Assembly (NCBI GenBank): GCA_963737655.1
Contig: CAVTTN010000002.1
Coordinates: 3,872,001-3,936,000, forward strand
DNA from: an uncultured Planctomycetota bacterium
GTDB lineage: Bacteria > Planctomycetota > Planctomycetia > Isosphaerales > Isosphaeraceae
Direction of reading: 5' to 3'
DNA length: 64,000 nt
The notes under the pieces were generated by a model. The model was given only the letters and a program-made list of their open reading frames with translations, did not search any database and was not told the origin of the DNA. The position numbers and the translations under genes are program-made. The number at the start of each line of letters is the position of its first letter. Positions within the stretch are counted from its first letter, which is position 1. Below are positions 29,544 to 40,220 of the stretch, piece by piece.

Positions 29544-32007
29544 TTGCTCGCGATTCTCCCCCTCCTGCCCTTCCTCGTCACGGCCGACCCCGGGCCGGTG
29601 CGGGATCTTGAGGTCGAGCCGGCTCGCGTCCGGCTGATCGGCTCCGACGGCTCGGCCCAGCTCGTGGTGACCGGCCGGTTCGGCGGCGGCCCTCGCGATT
29701 TGACCCGCGAGGCCGTCTATGCGTGTTCCGATCCCGGCGTGGCGGAGGTCGGGGCCGACGGCTCCCTCCGGCCGAAGCGGGACGGCCAGGCTCTCGTCGT
29801 CGTCAAGGTCGGGGAGATCGAGCGATCGGTCGAGGTCGTCGTCGAGGACATGGCGAACTCCCGGCGCGTCGCGTTCTCCGCCGAGGTCGTGCCCATCTTC
29901 ACCCGTTATGGGTGTAACGCCGGCAACTGCCACGGGAAATCGACCGGCCAGAACGGCTTTCGGATGAGCCTGCTGGGATTCGATCCCAAGGCCGACTGGG
30001 AGGCGCTCGTCCGCGAGGGCCGGGGGCGGCGGATCGTGGCCGCGGCCCCGTCGGCCAGCCTTCTCCTGAGGAAATCGACCGCCAAGGTGCCCCACGGAGG
30101 CGGACGGAAGTTCGCCGAGGGGCTCGCCAGAATACCAGACCATCGCCCGATGGATCGCCCAGGGCGCCGAGTTCGACTCGGGCCGGGAGCCGAAGCTCGT
30201 CTCGATCGCCGCGAAGCCCGACCGCCGCCTCGTCCCCCAGGGAGGGCGGCAGCAGTTGCGGGTCGAGGCCACGTATGAAGATGGCACCACCGTCGACGTC
30301 ACCCGGCTCGCCCGCTACCAGTCGAACGCCCCGGACCTCGCCTCGGTCGAGGATCGCGGCGAGATCCAGGCCAGGGACGGCGTGGGCGAGGCGGCCGTGA
30401 TGGTCCGGTTCGGCGGGCTGGTGACCGTGGCTCGGGCCGTCGTCCCCCTGGCGCGCGAGGTGCCCGATTGGGAACCTCCGACGTCCCCGAACCCGATTGA
30501 TCCCCTGGTCTTCCGCAAGCTGAAGGAGCTGAACCTCTCGCCCAGCGGCCCCTGCACCGACGCCGAGTTCGCCCGGCGGTCCTCGCTGGACCTCTGCGGG
30601 ATGCTGCCCACCCCGGCCGACGTGGCCCGGTTCGAGGCGGATTCCGACCCGGAAAAGCGAACCAGGTGGGTCGATTCGCTCCTCAACCGGCCAGAATATG
30701 CCGATTACTTCGCGATGAAGTGGTCGGCGATCCTCCGCAACTCGCGAGGGTCCAATGTCTTCGGGCTGGGTTCCCAGGGGACCAGCTTCGCCTTCCACGC
30801 CTGGCTCCGCGAGGTGATCGCCGAGAACCGGCCGTATGACCAGATCGCCGCCGACCTGATCGCCGCGAAGGGCGACCCGGCCACCCAGCCCGCCGTCGCC
30901 TGGTATCGCACCCGCGACTTCATGGCGGATGAACAAAAGCAACTCAAGGAGCACGTGGACGACACGGCCCAGCTTTTCCTGGGGATGCGAGTCCAGTGCG
31001 CCCAGTGCCACCATCACCCGTTCGAAAAATGGAGCCAGGACGACTATTACGGCTTCGCCTCGTTCTTCGCCAGGATCGGCCGGAAGCAAGGCGCGGACGC
31101 CTTCTCGCCCCGGATCTTCGTCAAGACGAGCGGGCTCGCGAAGCACCCGGGCTCCGGCAAGGAATATCAGCCGAAAGCCCTGGACGGCCCCGAGTTCGGC
31201 GATCTGGGGCCTCGCGACGACCCCCGCGACCGCCTGGTCGAATGGCTCCGCAAGCCCGACAATCCGTTCTTCGCCCGGGCGCTGGTGAATCGCTACTGGA
31301 AGCACTTCTTCGGCCGGGGGCTGGTCGAACCCGAGGACGACATGAGGGCCTCGAACCCGCCCAGCAACCCCGAGCTCCTCGACGCCCTGGCCGATGACTT
31401 CGTCAAGAACGGTTTCGATCTGAAACATCTCGTTCGCCTGATCGCCACCAGCCGCGTTTATGCGCTGTCCAGCCTCCCGAACGAGTTCAACGCCGTCGAT
31501 CGCCAGAACTTCGCCCGGTTCTACCCAAGGCGGCTCTCGGCCGAAGTTTTGCTCGACGCCGTGGCGGACGTGACCGGCTCCCCGGAGAGCTTCGCGGGCG
31601 TCCCCCAGGGGTTCCGCGCCGTCCAGCTCCCGGACGAGGGGTTCAACTCCTCGTTCCTCGACATCTTCGGCCGTCCCAAACGGGAAAGTGTCTGCGAATG
31701 CGAAAGGACCAGCGAGGCGAACCTTTCGCAGAGGCTCCATCTCCTGAATTCCCAGGAGATTGAGTCCAAACTCGGCACGAATTCGGGGCGGGTCGCCGGC
31801 TGGGCCTCGGAGAAGGACGCCCGGACCGATTCGGAGAAGGTGGAGGAGCTGTACCGCCTCTGCCTCGCCCGTAAGCCGACCGACGATGAGCGCGAGGTCT
31901 GCCTCGCCCACGTGAAGAAGGCCCGGGAGGCCAAAACGACCCGCAAGGGGTTCGAGGACCTCCTGTGGACGCTCCTCAATACGAAAGAATTCCTCTTCAC
32001 CCGCTGA
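29544..32007 (+). CDS. Ig-like + DUF1549/DUF1553 protein; frameshift at G-run 30119-30122
   Basis: TTG start after GGAGGT; GCNAGNCHG, DAEFARRSSLD, CAQCHHHPFE, NRYWKHFFGRG, NPELLDALA. Removing one G restores FAEGSPEYQTIARWIAQGA. Confidence 0.9.
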
Positions 32008-32026
32008 TCCATCGGGGGGCCTGGCG

Positions 32027-33347
32027 ATGCTCGACGTGTTCGGGGGCCGGTTCGGGACGTGCGACGGAGTCAGCCGTCGGAGCTTCCTGAGGGTCGGCGC
32101 TGGGCCTGGCCGGGCTCACCCTGCCCGACGCCCTCAGGGCCCGCGCCCTCGCGGCGAAGCAGGGCGAGGCCGTCAAGGACACCGCCGTGATCCAGGTCTT
32201 CCTCTCGGGGGGGCCGACCCATTTGGAGACCTACGACCCCAAACCCGACGCTCCCAAGGAGATCCGCGGCGAGTTCTCGGCCATCCCCACCCGTCTCGCG
32301 GGCGTGTTCGTCTCCGAGCACCTGCCCCGCCAGGCCGCGGCGATGGACAAGATGGCCCTGATCCGAAGCCTCCACCACGACTCGGCCGATCACGGCGTCG
32401 GCAGCCACTGGACCATGACCGGATTCCCCTCGGCCTCGGCCTTCTCCCGGACCAATGAACGGCCGAGCGTCGGCTCGATCGCCGCGAAGCTCCGCGGGCC
32501 GAACGCCCCGGGCGTGCCTCCCTACATCACCCTGCCCAACATGCCCAGCTATGGCGCGGCCTCGTATCTCGGCGCCGGCTACAACCCGTTCACCGTCAAC
32601 GGCGACCCCAACGGCACGATCCGCGTCCGTAACCTGGAGCCCGCCAATGGCTTGAACATGGAGAGGCTGGCCGATCGCCGCTACCTCCTGGACAGGCTCG
32701 ATCGGATCGAGCGCGAGCGAGACTCCTCCGGCACGATGGACGGTATCGACCACTTCACCGCCCAGGCCTACGAGATGGTCACCGGCCCCGCCGCCCGCCG
32801 CGCCTTCGACATGACGAAGGAAGACCCCCGGCTCCGCGACCGCTACGGGCGGACCCGGATCGGCCAGGGCTTGCTCCTCGCCCGCCGTCTGGTCGAGGCC
32901 GGCGTCACCTTCGTCACCGTGACCGAAGGCAACTGGGACCACCACTCGGGCATCTTCCAGCAATGCCGCAACCAGCTCCCTCCGCTCGACAACGCCGTGG
33001 CCTCCCTGGTCGAGGACCTTCACGATCGCGGCCTGGCCGACCGCGTCCTCGTCCTGGTCTGGGGCGAGTTCGGCCGCTCCCCTCGGATCAACAACGGCGG
33101 TCGCGACCACTGGCCGGGCGCGATGTCGGCCGCCGTCGTCGGGGGCGGACTCAAGATGGGCCAGGTCATCGGCTCGACCAACCGCAAGGGGGAATCCCCC
33201 AGCGAACGCCCCCTCCGCCCCGAAGACCTGATCCACACCGTCTACCACGTCCTCGGAATCAATCCTCAACACGAGTTCCCGAACGAATCGGGACGCCCGA
33301 TGCCGGTCCTGAACCAGGGTCACGTGATCTCCGAACTCCTCGGCTGA
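32027..33347 (+). CDS. DUF1501 protein; frameshift near 32100
   Basis: CDGVSRRSFLRVG, FLSGGPTHLETYDPKP, LLARRLVEAGV, WDHH, GEFGRSP, GRDHW. Confidence 0.92.
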
Positions 33348-33414
33348 GCCGGCACCCCCTTGCGGGACCGCCTCCTCGGCGGTCCGATGGGGCTTTCCCG
33401 CCGGAGGAGTCGTC

Positions 33415-35523
33415 ATGGCCGTTCGAGACCTCCTGATCGCGGCATGCCTCGGGACGGCGGTCCCCGCCGTCGCCCAGACCCCGGGCCCGGCCCTCCATTC
33501 GGCGTTTCCGGCCGGAGCGAGGGCCGGCGAGACCATCGAGCTGGAAATCGCCGGCGAACGACTCGACCCAGCCGACTCCCTCTGGTTCGACACCCCCGGA
33601 ATCCGCGGATTTCGCCTCAAATCGGGACGATTCCGCGTCGCCGTCGGCCCCTTCGTGCCCGTCGGCGTCCACGAGGTCCGCGTCCTCGGTCGATCGGGCG
33701 TGAGCAACCCCAGGATCTTCCTCGTCGGCGAGCGGACCGAGGTCAACGAAGTCGAACCGAACGACTCATCGGCGACCGCCAACCCGCTGCCGGTCGGCTC
33801 CGTCGCCAACGGCCGCCTGGCCGCCTCGCCGGACGTCGATTCGTTCCGTTTCGAAGCGAAACGCGGCGATCGGATCGTCCTGGAACTCGCGGCCGGTTCG
33901 ATCGACTCGAAACTCGACGCCGGACTCCGCCTCTTCTCCCCGTCAGGCCGCGACCTGGTCGGCCCGAGCCAGGCGACCGGCAACGACCCGTCCGCCGATC
34001 TGGTCCTTCCCGAGGATGGGGCCTACGTGGTCCAGGTCCATGACGTCGTGTACTCCGGCTCGGCCGACCACGTTTACCGGCTGACGATCCGCGACGGCCC
34101 CCATCTTCGGGGCATCTGGCCCGTGACCAGCCCGATCGGGCACGAAGTCCCCTTGATCCTGAGAGACGGGACCTCGGATCGGCCGCAAGGGCCGATTTGG
34201 ATGAGGGATGCGCCGATCTCGGAGCGAGTCGGTTGGCCCTCGGCGCTGGCGGGACGCCTCGGGATGGAATACCGCCTCGGCCCGTCCAACCCGGTCTTCG
34301 TCGCCGGATCGACCGAGCCTGTCGTCGCCGAATCCGAACCCAACGGCTCTCCCGGTGAGGCCCAAACGGTCCAGCCACCCGTGGAAGTCTCGGCCCGGTT
34401 CCATGGCCCCGGAGACCGGGACGTCTATCGGTTTGCCGTCCACAAGGGCGACATTCTGGTCATCGAGGCCGAGGCCGAAGTCCTGGGATCGCCAGCCGAT
34501 CCGTCGTTCGTGGTCCGCAGAGCCGGCGCGACGAAGCCCGTCAACCTCGCCTCGGGCGACGACTCGCCCGACCCGTTCGGCGGCCAGAGGTTCCCGGTCG
34601 GCTCGCTCGACGCCCGCGCCCGGTTCGTGGCGCCGGAGGACGGCGATTATCTCGTCCAGGTCACCGACAAATTCGGCTCGAACCGCACCGATCTGGTTCT
34701 GGGATACCGACTTCGGATTCGGCCCGAGCGGCCCGACTTCACCCTCTTCGTCGTCCCGAACGACGCGAGCACGCCTTCCGGGACCGATCTACCGGCAGGA
34801 GGACGGGTCCTCGCCAGGGCCCTGGTTCATCGACGGGACGGACTCTCGGGCCCGATCCGAATCGAGGCGATCGACCTGCCGCCGGGCGTGTCGTGCGAGC
34901 CCGTGATCGCCGGCCCCGATCGAACCGAGACGCCCCTCGTCCTCTCCGCCGAGCGTTCTGCTCCAACCGGTGTGGGGACGATCCGTTTCCTCGGGACCGC
35001 GCTCTCCGGCGACCGCAAGGAAGTCCTCGACCCCTCGCCCAACCGCAGATATCGCAAGGAGATCCAGCGAGAGGCCATCCCCGGCGTCCTCGTCTGGCCA
35101 ACCCCCAAGACCGCCGGGGACGGCCCTCCGATCGCGAGGGCAAGGGTCTCCTCCGGGTTCGTCCTCGCCGTCGTTCCGGCGGCACCCTTTGCGCTCACCG
35201 CCCATCCGTCACTCACGGTCCTCGGCCCCGGCGATTCCGCGGAGTGGACCGTCGAAATCGAGCGCCGAGACGGGTTCGCGGAACCCGTCCAGGTCGCCGC
35301 GATCGACCTTCCGCCGGGCATTCCCCCGCCCCCGCCCCTCACGATTCCCGGCGACAAGAACTCCGGCACGCTCAAGATGACCGTCCCTAAGGGGCATAAA
35401 CCGGATCTGTCCACGTTCGTCCTCACCGGATCGGCCTCGTTTCATCCGCCCGACGCCAAGCCGGACGTCAAAATCCCGATCGTGGCGCCTTCCAACGGCC
35501 TCCTGCTGAGCATCCATCCGTAG
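33415..35523 (+). CDS. Secreted PPC-domain (pre-peptidase C-terminal repeat) protein
   Basis: Signal peptide, EVEPND/ESEPN repeats, DVDSFRF, YRLRI. Confidence 0.85.
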   Translation: MAVRDLLIAACLGTAVPAVAQTPGPALHSAFPAGARAGETIELEIAGERLDPADSLWFDTPGIRGFRLKSGRFRVAVGPFVPVGVHEVRVLGRSGVSNPRIFLVGERTEVNEVEPNDSSATANPLPVGSVANGRLAASPDVDSFRFEAKRGDRIVLELAAGSIDSKLDAGLRLFSPSGRDLVGPSQATGNDPSADLVLPEDGAYVVQVHDVVYSGSADHVYRLTIRDGPHLRGIWPVTSPIGHEVPLILRDGTSDRPQGPIWMRDAPISERVGWPSALAGRLGMEYRLGPSNPVFVAGSTEPVVAESEPNGSPGEAQTVQPPVEVSARFHGPGDRDVYRFAVHKGDILVIEAEAEVLGSPADPSFVVRRAGATKPVNLASGDDSPDPFGGQRFPVGSLDARARFVAPEDGDYLVQVTDKFGSNRTDLVLGYRLRIRPERPDFTLFVVPNDASTPSGTDLPAGGRVLARALVHRRDGLSGPIRIEAIDLPPGVSCEPVIAGPDRTETPLVLSAERSAPTGVGTIRFLGTALSGDRKEVLDPSPNRRYRKEIQREAIPGVLVWPTPKTAGDGPPIARARVSSGFVLAVVPAAPFALTAHPSLTVLGPGDSAEWTVEIERRDGFAEPVQVAAIDLPPGIPPPPPLTIPGDKNSGTLKMTVPKGHKPDLSTFVLTGSASFHPPDAKPDVKIPIVAPSNGLLLSIHP

Positions 35524-35546
35524 TCGCGCGAACCGACGAGACTCCC

Positions 35547-37805
35547 ATGATCACCTCGCTTCCCTTCGCCCTCGCTCTGCTCGCGGCCGGACCCGAGCCG
35601 ATTCCCGTCGCGGTCCCAAACCGTTCCAATCCGGTCAGTTACGGCCGCGAGGTATCGGAAATCCTGGCCGGGAAGTGCGTCGGGTGTCATAATGCCGCGC
35701 TGGCCGAGGGGAAATTGAAGCTGGAGGATGTGGGGGGAATGCTCAAGGGAGGCAAGCATGGTCCCGCGCTTGTCCCGGGGAAGGCCGAGGAAAGCCTCCT
35801 GTTCAGGATGGCATCCCATCGCGTCGAGCCGATCATGCCTCCAAAAGACAAGAAAGAGGCCAAACCTCTATCGTCCCAGGAGTTAGGTCTCATCAAACTC
35901 TGGATCGATGGGGGCGCGAAGGACGATTCGGCCGAGACCGTGGAGATCCCCGTCGAACTCGGGCCACTGCCGCCGGGCGTCCATCCGATCCTCGCTCTGG
36001 ACCTGACGGCCGATGGCCGACGGCTCGCCTCGGGCCGAGGGAACGTCGTGAGGCTCCATGACGCCGATTCCGGGGTCGAGGTCGTCCGCCTCGGCGGCCA
36101 CAAGGATGTGATTCAGTCGCTCCGTTTCAGCCCCGACGGCTCGAAGCTGGCGGCGGGTTCGTTCGGGATCGTGACGGTCTGGTCGGTCCCGAAATTCGCG
36201 GAAATCGCGACCCTGAACGGACATACGGACGAGGTTCGCCTCCTCGCAGCTTCGTCCGACGGCAAGACGCTGGTCTCGAGCGGCCCCGACGGAACGATTC
36301 GGTTCTGGAATCTCGCCGAGGGGAAGGAAGCGAGGAAGATCGCGGCCCCGACCAGGCCCCGCAGCCTGGCGGTCTCGTCCGACGGCTCCCGGATCGCCGT
36401 GGGAGGCGAAGACGGCAAGATCCTCCTCGTGAATTCGGCCGATGGCCAGACGCTTCTGACCCTGGAAGGGCACGCGGGGCCGGTGGTGGGCCTCGCCTTT
36501 TTCGACGGAAACCAAAAACTGGTCTCGGGATCGGAGGACACATCGGCGAGGATCTGGAGCATCGCCCAGGGTGATTCCGGGCCCCCGACAACCTCCGCGA
36601 TCCTGAAAGGGCACGAGGGCCCCGTTCTCGCGGTCGCGGCGTCGGCCGACGGCCGGGCCGTCCTGACCGGAGGCCGCGATGGCACGATTCGGTTCTGGAA
36701 GTCGGACAATGGCGAACTGATCCGCTCCATCGGGAACATGGCCGGGCCGGTCCTCAGCCTGGCCGCGTCCCCAGGATCGAGCTCGGCCGCGTCCGGTTCG
36801 GCCGATGGGACGGCTCGGTTGTTCCGCCTCGACGACGGCGGGGTGATCCGAGAATTCGCCGGGCTGGAATCGGCCGTCGCTTCCGTGGCCTTCTCGCCCG
36901 ACGGTTCACGGCTGGCCACGGCGACCGTCGGGGGAGCGGTGAAGGTCTGGGAGGTCGAAACGGGCCAAGGCGTCGTCGCGTTCAGTCACCGAGGGGCCAA
37001 ACCGAACGATCCGCTCGGAGCGGTCCACCGGGTCGTCTTCCTGGGCGATGGTTCCGTGGCCACGGCATCGGCCGCAAAAACCGTCAAGACCTGGACTTAT
37101 GACGGCTCATGGGGCGAGCCCAGGGTGCTCGGCCCCCACGTCTTCCGCATCCTGGCGCTCGACTTCAGCCCGGATGGATCCCTCCTGGCCGCCGGAGGGG
37201 GCGAGCCGTCACGATCGGGCGAGATCAAGATCTGGGAGGTGGCCGCGGGCAAGCTGGTCAAGTCGGCCCCGGAAGGGCTCCATTCCGATACGGTCTTCGC
37301 CCTGAGATTCAGCCCCGATGGCAAGCTCCTGGCGAGCGGATCGGCCGACCGATTCCTGAAAGTCCTGAATCTGGCGGAGGTTAAGGAGGTCCGCTCGTTC
37401 GAGGGGCACACCGGCCACGTCCTGGCCGTAGACTGGAAGGGAGACGGCAAGGAGCTGGTCAGCGGAGGGGCCGACGACTCGGTGAAAATCTGGGATTTCG
37501 AGACTGGCGACCAGCTTCGGACGCTCGCCGTCGGCCCCAAGAAAGGGGTGACGGCCGTCCGATGGTCGATGGACCCGGGCCTCACGACGGTCGTCGGCGC
37601 CTCGGGGGACGGTGCGGTCCGGTTCTGGAACCCGACCGCCCGGAACGTGACCCGGACGTTCTCGGGTGCGTCCGATTACCTGGACGCCGTGGCGATCTCG
37701 CAAGACCGCCATCGAGTGGCCGCCGGAGGGGCGAACGGAGTGCTCTACCTCTGGAACGGCGAGACCGGCGCCCTCTGGAAGAAGATCGGCGAGCCGGCGA
37801 AGTAA
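35547..37805 (+). CDS. Planctomycete cytochrome c + WD40 repeat protein
   Basis: CVGCH...MPP...WIDGGAK followed by many GH...WD-type repeats. Confidence 0.92.
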   Translation: MITSLPFALALLAAGPEPIPVAVPNRSNPVSYGREVSEILAGKCVGCHNAALAEGKLKLEDVGGMLKGGKHGPALVPGKAEESLLFRMASHRVEPIMPPKDKKEAKPLSSQELGLIKLWIDGGAKDDSAETVEIPVELGPLPPGVHPILALDLTADGRRLASGRGNVVRLHDADSGVEVVRLGGHKDVIQSLRFSPDGSKLAAGSFGIVTVWSVPKFAEIATLNGHTDEVRLLAASSDGKTLVSSGPDGTIRFWNLAEGKEARKIAAPTRPRSLAVSSDGSRIAVGGEDGKILLVNSADGQTLLTLEGHAGPVVGLAFFDGNQKLVSGSEDTSARIWSIAQGDSGPPTTSAILKGHEGPVLAVAASADGRAVLTGGRDGTIRFWKSDNGELIRSIGNMAGPVLSLAASPGSSSAASGSADGTARLFRLDDGGVIREFAGLESAVASVAFSPDGSRLATATVGGAVKVWEVETGQGVVAFSHRGAKPNDPLGAVHRVVFLGDGSVATASAAKTVKTWTYDGSWGEPRVLGPHVFRILALDFSPDGSLLAAGGGEPSRSGEIKIWEVAAGKLVKSAPEGLHSDTVFALRFSPDGKLLASGSADRFLKVLNLAEVKEVRSFEGHTGHVLAVDWKGDGKELVSGGADDSVKIWDFETGDQLRTLAVGPKKGVTAVRWSMDPGLTTVVGASGDGAVRFWNPTARNVTRTFSGASDYLDAVAISQDRHRVAAGGANGVLYLWNGETGALWKKIGEPAK

Positions 37806-37862
37806 ACCGGCCGCCGGAATCGACTTCGGGTCAGGGACGACCCGGGACGGCGTCTCGGACGA

Positions 37863-38002
37863 TCAGAGGCCCGCGCCGCCGAGGTGCTTGGTCTTGTGGG
37901 GGTTGCGCCCTGCTTCTTCGGCCGACGGCCCTTGGCGATCGGCGAAGAATCGCACTTCTTCTTCCAGGCGTAGCTCTTGCGATGACGCGTCTTCTTCTTC
38001 AT
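37863..38002 (-). CDS. Putative 46-aa Lys/Arg-rich protein (one base missing near 37905)
   Basis: MKKKTRHRKSYAWKKKCDSSPIAKGRRPKKQG, then in the shifted frame NPHKTKHLGGAGL* with all G/C-ending codons; promoter directly upstream. Confidence 0.6.
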
Positions 38003-38048
38003 GGTTCGGCGGGGCCTTCGGGGCGCTCTGCGATCCGGGAAAGCGAGT

Positions 38049-38077
38049 ATTATGCAACGACTCGCCGGGGGAATCAA
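38049..38077 (-). promoter_or_regulatory. Sigma70-like promoter for the small basic ORF
   Basis: TTGATT-17 nt-CATAAT on the minus strand. Confidence 0.65.
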
Positions 38078-38121
38078 CCCGAGAAATCGGTTTCCGGGCC
38101 TGATTTCGCCGCGCGGGAGGC

Positions 38122-38150
38122 TTGACGTGCGGTCGGGGAATCCGTAAATT
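38122..38150 (+). promoter_or_regulatory. Sigma70-like promoter of rpsR
   Basis: TTGACG-17 nt-TAAATT. Confidence 0.7.
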
Positions 38151-38246
38151 TGGGGTTTCCCCGCCGGTTCGGGAAGTCCGTCTCCGTCCTCCTGGTGGAG
38201 CGTCTCCGGCGTCGCCTTCGCGTCTTTGTCCGAGGACCCCGCGTTC

Positions 38247-38489
38247 ATGCCTCGCAAGAAATTCGGCCGCAACCGCAAGAATCGCTGCCGCTTCTGCACC
38301 CCCGAGGGTTGCCCCCGCCCGGCCTACGTGGATTACAAGGACGTCGGCCTGCTGAAGAAACTCTGCACCAACCAGAGCAAGATGTTCTCCCGGAAGCGCA
38401 GCGGCAATTGCGCGGCGTTCCAGAGGGCCTCCAGCGACGCCGTGAAGCGGGCCCGGTTCCTCGCGCTGCTGCCCTACGTCGGCGAGTGA
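38247..38489 (+). CDS. rpsR: 30S ribosomal protein bS18
   Basis: CRFC, VDYKDVGLL, SRKRSGNC, QR...AVKRARFLALLPY. Confidence 0.95.
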   Translation: MPRKKFGRNRKNRCRFCTPEGCPRPAYVDYKDVGLLKKLCTNQSKMFSRKRSGNCAAFQRASSDAVKRARFLALLPYVGE

Positions 38490-38556
38490 GGACGCGGTGC
38501 GAAACCGTTTGGACGGGCCGACTTCGGTCGGCCTGACCGGACCGATTCCGCCGATC

Positions 38557-40092
38557 TCAGGGCGTCGTCTGCTTGAGATACTTCAGGAATTGCTCGTCGA
38601 GCGTCTTGAACGGCACGTCCAGCCGGTCTTCGAGCGAATCGGGGCGGACCCGGCCCCGATAGGCGTCGGCCGCGAGGTCCAGGAAGGCCTCCCGGTACCG
38701 GCCACCCTCGCCGTGGAGCAGGAAGAGGGTCCAGGCCATCGCCTCGGCATAGTTGCGATAGACGGCGCCGTCTTTCTCGTCGCCGAAGGCCGCCTTGTCC
38801 ATCGCCGCGAAGTCGGCGATCGGCACGAAACGCCCTTCGGTCAAGATATTCTGGCGAGCCTGCGCGAATCGCGGGCCGATCGGTTCGCCGACGACCAGTC
38901 TGCCGTCCTCCTGGTGGCGGACGGTCTCGAAATACGTGCCCAGCCCTTCCCAGATCCAGTAGTTCGAGCGGGCCTTATCCACCTCGGACTTCCCCGCCGA
39001 CTCGAACAGAAGCTGGTGCGAGGATTCGTGATAGAGCGTGGCCTCGGCCGCGATCGGGTTCTTTTCATCCTTGTAAAAGAAGCTGCATGGATCGACCTTC
39101 CGGCCCTTCAGCTCGCCAAAGGCTCGCGCCTCGCTGGGCGGCATGTAGTAACCGAGGCTGATCGTTTCGTCCCGGCCGAACTTGTCGCGAAAGAAGGCGA
39201 CGTATTCGCTCTTTTCTTTGAAATAGCGGACCTGGAACTTCTTCGTGGTGGCCACGGGCTGCTGGGTCGGATTGCTGAACCGGTGAGCCAGAGGGAGGTT
39301 GCGACCGATCAGGTCGCCGAACTCGGAGAAAAACATCTCCTCGAATGCCTCCAGGCGGCGGCCGAACTCCACGGCCTCGGCCAGCGGCACATCGGCCTGG
39401 ATCTGGAAGTGGGGGGCCGTCTCGATGAACCAGGGCCGCTCGGGAGTCGAGCGGAGGGCGTTAGCCTCGTCCTCCGGGAGCCAGGCCCGGGGGCGGCGGC
39501 GGGAATCCAGCTCGCCGGGCAGTTCGCCGCGATCGAGATGGGCGACCCAATCGGCCGGCACCCATCCGTACTTCGGGTGGAGCACATGCCCTTTCTTTTC
39601 CAGGAGCTCGACGGCGTGGGGCGTCGCCCACCCTCCCTTATAAGGCAGAAAACCGAGCAGTCGACGGGCATCGGCGTGGTCCGGGTCGCGTTCGAGGACC
39701 TTGCGAAGGAGCGAATCGGCCAGGCCGAAGCGAGCGATCGGCGGGGTTCCCGCCTTCCTGGCCAGCGTGAAGAGGCGGGAGGCCGATTCCTTGCGGATTT
39801 TCCGCGCCTCCGCCGGGAGTGTAACCTTGGTCGCTGGAACGACCTCGGGCAGGGGCTGGAACCAGATCGGCCCCCCCTTCGAGGGCGTTTCGATGGTCGC
39901 CCGGACCTCCCTGGCCTGGTCGCGCTGTCCCGAACCGTCGAGCTTCGCCGCCAGGGCTTCCAACGCCTCGGCCTCGCGATCGACGAGCGTCCTCGCGGCG
40001 TCACGAACCGCCTCACGGGCGGCGGCGGGTGCCGAGGGAGGCGGGACCTGGCCGACGAGCCCGAGGGTCACGAGCCAGAGGGACGCAATCAT
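38557..40092 (-). CDS. Secreted DUF1570-like HExxH protein
   Basis: Signal peptide, TLYHESSHQL, WIWEGLGTYFE, YAEAMAW. Confidence 0.8.
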   Translation of the reverse strand: MIASLWLVTLGLVGQVPPPSAPAAAREAVRDAARTLVDREAEALEALAAKLDGSGQRDQAREVRATIETPSKGGPIWFQPLPEVVPATKVTLPAEARKIRKESASRLFTLARKAGTPPIARFGLADSLLRKVLERDPDHADARRLLGFLPYKGGWATPHAVELLEKKGHVLHPKYGWVPADWVAHLDRGELPGELDSRRRPRAWLPEDEANALRSTPERPWFIETAPHFQIQADVPLAEAVEFGRRLEAFEEMFFSEFGDLIGRNLPLAHRFSNPTQQPVATTKKFQVRYFKEKSEYVAFFRDKFGRDETISLGYYMPPSEARAFGELKGRKVDPCSFFYKDEKNPIAAEATLYHESSHQLLFESAGKSEVDKARSNYWIWEGLGTYFETVRHQEDGRLVVGEPIGPRFAQARQNILTEGRFVPIADFAAMDKAAFGDEKDGAVYRNYAEAMAWTLFLLHGEGGRYREAFLDLAADAYRGRVRPDSLEDRLDVPFKTLDEQFLKYLKQTTP

Positions 40093-40220
40093 GGGGGGGC
40101 TCCTCGGTTCGATCGGCGGCGGAGGGAGAGGCCGGCTCTGGTCTGGACGATTCGTCGCGGCCGGGGCAGAATGCGCGGACCGGATGGACCCGGTTTCCGC
40201 AAGTCAAGGAGACCTCACGC

